DNA from: Cetorhinus maximus
Lineage: Eukaryota
DNA length: 64,000 nt
NCBI RefSeq assembly: GCF_964194155.1
Contig: NC_135915.1
Span: 2,046,001 to 2,110,000, forward strand
Direction of reading: 5' to 3'
In this document: piece by piece, positions 63,045-64,000 of the stretch
Position numbering within the stretch: the first letter of the stretch is position 1
How the letters are laid out: every line of letters begins with the position of its first letter
Program-made: the position numbers and the translations under genes
Notes under the pieces: model-generated
What the model was told of the DNA's origin: nothing
Database searches by the model: none
The model's input: only the letters and a program-made list of their open reading frames with translations

Positions 63045-64000
63045 ATTCTTGTTATCGTGTCCACGGACAGTCGATACATGGCCCAGCCAGAACTGCACAC
63101 ATTTTTGCACCTTGGTGTTGAATTCGGCAAGATCTGCAACAGTGCAGGGTTACTCCAGCGATAGGCATTGCAGTAGATGTTGCATAGCCTGTGGCTCAGT
63201 TCCACATTCACAAGTTGTTAGGCTGGTTGTATGTCCCCATTTGCTTAGTGACACCTTTGAAAGACCTAACTCTGTTAAGGCAGTTCCAGGTTGCTCATTT
63301 GCAATTAGCGCCTTGGGGAAGGCTTTCATCCAGTAGAATGCCCATCGCTGGGTTTTGTTCGCGACTGGCGAGCCGGTCTTTCCACAAGGCGATGCGGGCT
63401 TCAGATGGGGTTGATTGTAATGGAACAGCAATGTTCGTGAAGCTGCTCGGTTACTTTAGGCGGCTGGGTGTAGGTGTATGACCATGTAGAGGGTGTCATC
63501 TGATGTTTGACAGAGTGGCTTTTTCTTGCTGGCTACCGTTCGTCTTATATCAGGAGGAGTGATACCCGCCAGGATATACAGGCTGTTGGTGTTTGTTGGT
63601 ATTAAACAACCTGTGATCAGTCAGCAACTTGCATTCAGAACTGCAACCATCTTCTTACCTTGAGTAGATCTTTCCCATGCAGGGCAGGTGTATTCGGCAG
63701 TGGAATAACAAAGAGCAAGTGCACTGGTTCGCAATGTTTTCCAGCTTGCTACCCATTTTGTGTTAGTGAGCTTATTCAGGATGTTGTTTCATGCGCTCAC
63801 TTTTGCCTTTGTCTTTTCAATGTGGTTCTTGAAGGTGAGGCACCTATCAAGTGTGACTAAGTAGATAGGGTGTTCGCAATCCCTCTGTGTTGCTCCACAC
63901 CAGGTTACTTTAAACTGGCATTTGGCTTCACGGTTTCTGAAGTGGAATGCACAAACTTGTGTCTTTGATGGGTTTGTGCGAAGGTGGTTTTCTTCATAGT
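63045..64000 (-). mobile_element. Vingi/Ingi-like (I-group) LINE, 3' end
   Basis: The - strand reads YL.VTLDRCLTFKNHIEKTKAKVSA.NNILNKL...LRTSALALCYSTAEY.CP.W...LITGCL.PT...LYILAGITPPDIRR and KWG...CECGTEPQAMQHLLQC (C-terminal CCHC). It ends gacacgataacaagaa. Confidence 0.75.

Overview
This is eukaryotic DNA, not prokaryotic. It is almost certainly from a cartilaginous fish (shark-like), inferred from the CR1, Penelope and Gypsy repeat types and the GPR139/GPR142-like receptor family. The window holds two copies of an old tandem segmental duplication: about 1-20.5 kb matches about 42.6-63 kb, an offset of ~42-44 kb. Each copy carries a two-exon rhodopsin-class GPCR on the + strand. Copy 1 (6082-6982) is a clear pseudogene. 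Copy 2 (exon 1 ~42189-42261, exon 2 49362-50389) has an intact exon 2, but its nearest ATG is out of frame and its stop codon has been lost, so it reads into a CCAAT/TGACAG repeat array. The rest of the window is decayed mobile DNA (CR1, L2-like, Vingi, Penelope with hammerhead-like cores, Gypsy, Gmr1-like), nearly all on the - strand. It also contains an intronless MROH1-like relic, an unidentified coding-like relic in three copies, an orphan NRF1-motif CpG island, several minisatellites (24, 32, 32, ~35, 40, ~46 and ~84 bp units) and a ~3 kb GA-rich tract. All protein and repeat identifications come from recalled motifs and manual translation; no database search was run.
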